DNA of 64,000 bases from Alphaproteobacteria bacterium (lineage in GTDB: Bacteria > Pseudomonadota > Alphaproteobacteria > GCA-2731375), in contig CBDDBZ010000018.1 of NCBI GenBank assembly GCA_965225945.1, positions 23,207 through 87,206 of the forward strand. Reading direction: 5' to 3'. A program made the position numbers and the translations under genes. The notes beneath the pieces were generated by a model. The model was not told where the DNA came from, did not search any database, and saw only the letters and a program-made list of their open reading frames with translations. Below, piece by piece: positions 62,029 to 64,000 of the stretch; position 1 is the first letter of the stretch, and every line of letters begins with the position of its first letter.

Positions 62029-62575
62029 GTGGTCGAGTGCAAGAGTCTGCGGTTCGACAGCACCCTGGGCGAGATCGGAGAGCGTCTGGCGGAATACGCT
62101 GCCGGGACCGTCGGGGGGAAGCGCACGCCCCTGCAGAAGCATCTCGACCGCATGTCTTTTTTCGAGGCCAACCCTAAGGCCCTCGCAGACTTCACCGGCA
62201 TCCCGGCGCCTCGGCTGCGATTGCGGTCGGGGCTTGTGACTGAGAGCCTCGGTTCGTTGCAATTCGGAGGAGATGCGCGCCAGATGCTGGATGTCGTTAC
62301 GGACTACGAACTGCTCGAAGAACAGCTCCCTGAGCTATGAATCGATTTCGATGAGGAGGTAGAACTTCTTCATGCTGATGCCCTGGGAAACGAAAATCGA
62401 CCAATGTGAAAGGCTTGAGATCGCGCACAGGAGGGTCAGGGAGATTTTCGAAAGGAAACCGGCAACCACAGAATTGTTCCCAAACTCCGCCATCGCGGAC
62501 GATCTAGATCGACTGCCGGGAAGCTCTTTATGACGGAATTTCGTAACGATAGCCCTTCCTGCTTATCCCTGAAAG

Positions 62576-63213
62576 TCATCCGGCGATAAGGAGGCGATAG
62601 GGCATGGGCTGGGTTCGTGCGGCGCTATGGACGAAACGCGGGATCATTGTCTGGAGTTGATAGCGCCGGTTGTAGCGCCAGGCGAAGCTGGCGAGATAGC
62701 GTCCGGCATGGTCGGGGCCGAGCTTGCGATAAGTCCCGGTGATCGCGCTCTTGATGTTGCCGAGCGTCGTGTTCACCCATTTGAACGATGCCATGCGGGC
62801 CGCCTGTCGGCCCGACCCGGTGCGGATCGCCCGATGGCTGCAGGCGGCTTCGTCGAGTGCGCTCCAGCAGCCCAGGCCGTCCGTCACAACCGCCGCTCCG
62901 GGGGCCAGCCCGTGCTTGGCGCCGCGCGCGATCTCGCGCTTGCGGAAGCCCTTGACCGGCGTCAGCTTCAGCTTGCGCGGGCGCCCCTCGGGACTGGTCG
63001 AGACCGCCGCCACGAAGGGTGTCTTGCCCGCCGCGCCGCGGCCCCGCTTGCCGCCGGAGCGCACCCCGCCGAGATAGGCGTCGTCCATCTCGACCCGCCC
63101 CGTAAGCGCCGTCTCCCCCTCGCGCCGCGCCATCACCGCCATGATCTTGTGCTTCACGGCCCAGGCCGTCGGCTGCTTGACCCCGAGACGGCGGCCGAGT
63201 TCCACCGATGAGA
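62576..63213 (-). pseudogene. IS1595-family transposase, 5'-truncated
   Basis: VEMDDAYLGG, GKRGRG, VVTDG, WVNTTLGNIK, YLASFAWRYNRR. Confidence 0.87.
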
Positions 63214-63410
63214 GAGGCGACGTTCTGCCCCACAACGTACAGGGCGTGGCACGGGTCATGGCCCGCGAACTTGCCGAGGGCCAGGCCGTCGTCACCGAAA
63301 CCGGCTTCGAGAGCCATCTTCCTGCCCTCCCGCCAGCTCGCCAGATCGACGACCTTCGACCCGCCGGACGGGATAATCTTCTTCGCGATTTTGTCGGCAA
63401 CGGAACCCAT
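63210..63410 (-). pseudogene. N-terminal fragment of a hypothetical gene joined to the IS1595 remnant
   Basis: MGSVADKIAKKII..KVVDLASWREGRK..DPCHALYV, then an abrupt switch to transposase sequence. Confidence 0.45.
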
Positions 63411-63718
63411 GGTGTGCTTTCGGTGGTTATCGCTCGTGGGGCTCACCCATCCACACGGGAACATAGCGGGCGCGAGCCTCGCATGGCGATGATGGGCCGG
63501 TTCATCGGGGCACGGGAGAGCCGGCGGCAAGTGGCGTTGTGGCTGACGTTGACGGGCGTGCCCGTCGCGCCCATGAGATGGGTTCTCACCCTCGCCACGT
63601 TCCGCGACTCAGCCGCCGATCACGCTCCACGAGAGCACCCCCAGCCACGCCTCCGACGAGCGCCGATATCCTGTAGGGAACGTCATTGCCGGCCCCTTCC
63701 AGCCCGGCCGCGGCCGAG

Positions 63719-64000
63719 CTATGACGACCGACCCCTTATCCACTCCAGAGCGCCGTCGAAATGAAACTGTTCGTCTGGAATATCGCCGAGCACCGATCGG
63801 TAGCGTCTGCGCGTAGTTTCGGCCTCTGAATCTTCCCGGCTCAGATTGACGACATTGATGTCCTCTCGCGGGAAGTCCTTCAGCGCTTCGGAGAACAACG
63901 TCCGCGCGGCCATGTCCGTCGTGGGGAACGAATAGCCGATGAACGTGACTTCGTGGGCCGTCGCCAGGCTGTCGAACGCTTGCGACCAGACAAGCCGAAG
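63719..64000 (-). CDS. SIR2-like domain protein, C-terminal part (runs off the right edge)
   Basis: Manual extension gives LVWSQAFDSLATAHEVTFIGYSFPTTD...INVVN. Confidence 0.7.
   Translation of the reverse strand, partial: LRLVWSQAFDSLATAHEVTFIGYSFPTTDMAARTLFSEALKDFPREDINVVNLSREDSEAETTRRRYRSVLGDIPDEQFHFDGALEWIRGRSS

Larger units (their letters stand above)
56884..62340 (+). pseudogene. Large (~1400 aa) protein with C-terminal PD-(D/E)XK nuclease-like motif, interrupted by IS4
   Basis: Frame open 56884-60804 and resumes at 62038-62340; the joined sequence reads GDVDVLCW...VYVVE|CKSL. Confidence 0.82.

Overview
High-GC alphaproteobacterial chromosome segment (Rhodospirillales-like gene order: rnhB-ccrM, mutY-DciA-dsbA-smc-atpIBEF'F, fused trpE(G), GTTC-N7-GTTC SOS box). 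Bases 1-40.1 kb are mostly core and metabolic genes, with a fold-back MITE between a cation:proton antiporter and rnhB. From about 40.2 kb to the end lies a heavily layered accessory region. It holds an Xre/RES toxin-antitoxin pair, an IS21 truncating an amidase, and an IS66 carrying a translationally coupled DNA adenine methyltransferase, with an IS4 inserted into that IS66's left inverted repeat. It also holds a 3' tRNA-Met fragment (att site) hit by an IS1595, which in turn contains a 4.1-kb IS21-family element carrying a Cys-rich gene and a DUF3991/Toprim primase-like gene. To the right are a tyrosine integrase, a decayed Phd/PIN pair, a ~1400-aa protein with a C-terminal PD-(D/E)XK motif split by another IS4, and the 3' end of a SIR2-like gene. 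Element ends and target-site duplications were read by eye. Protein family calls rest on motif recognition, not database searches.
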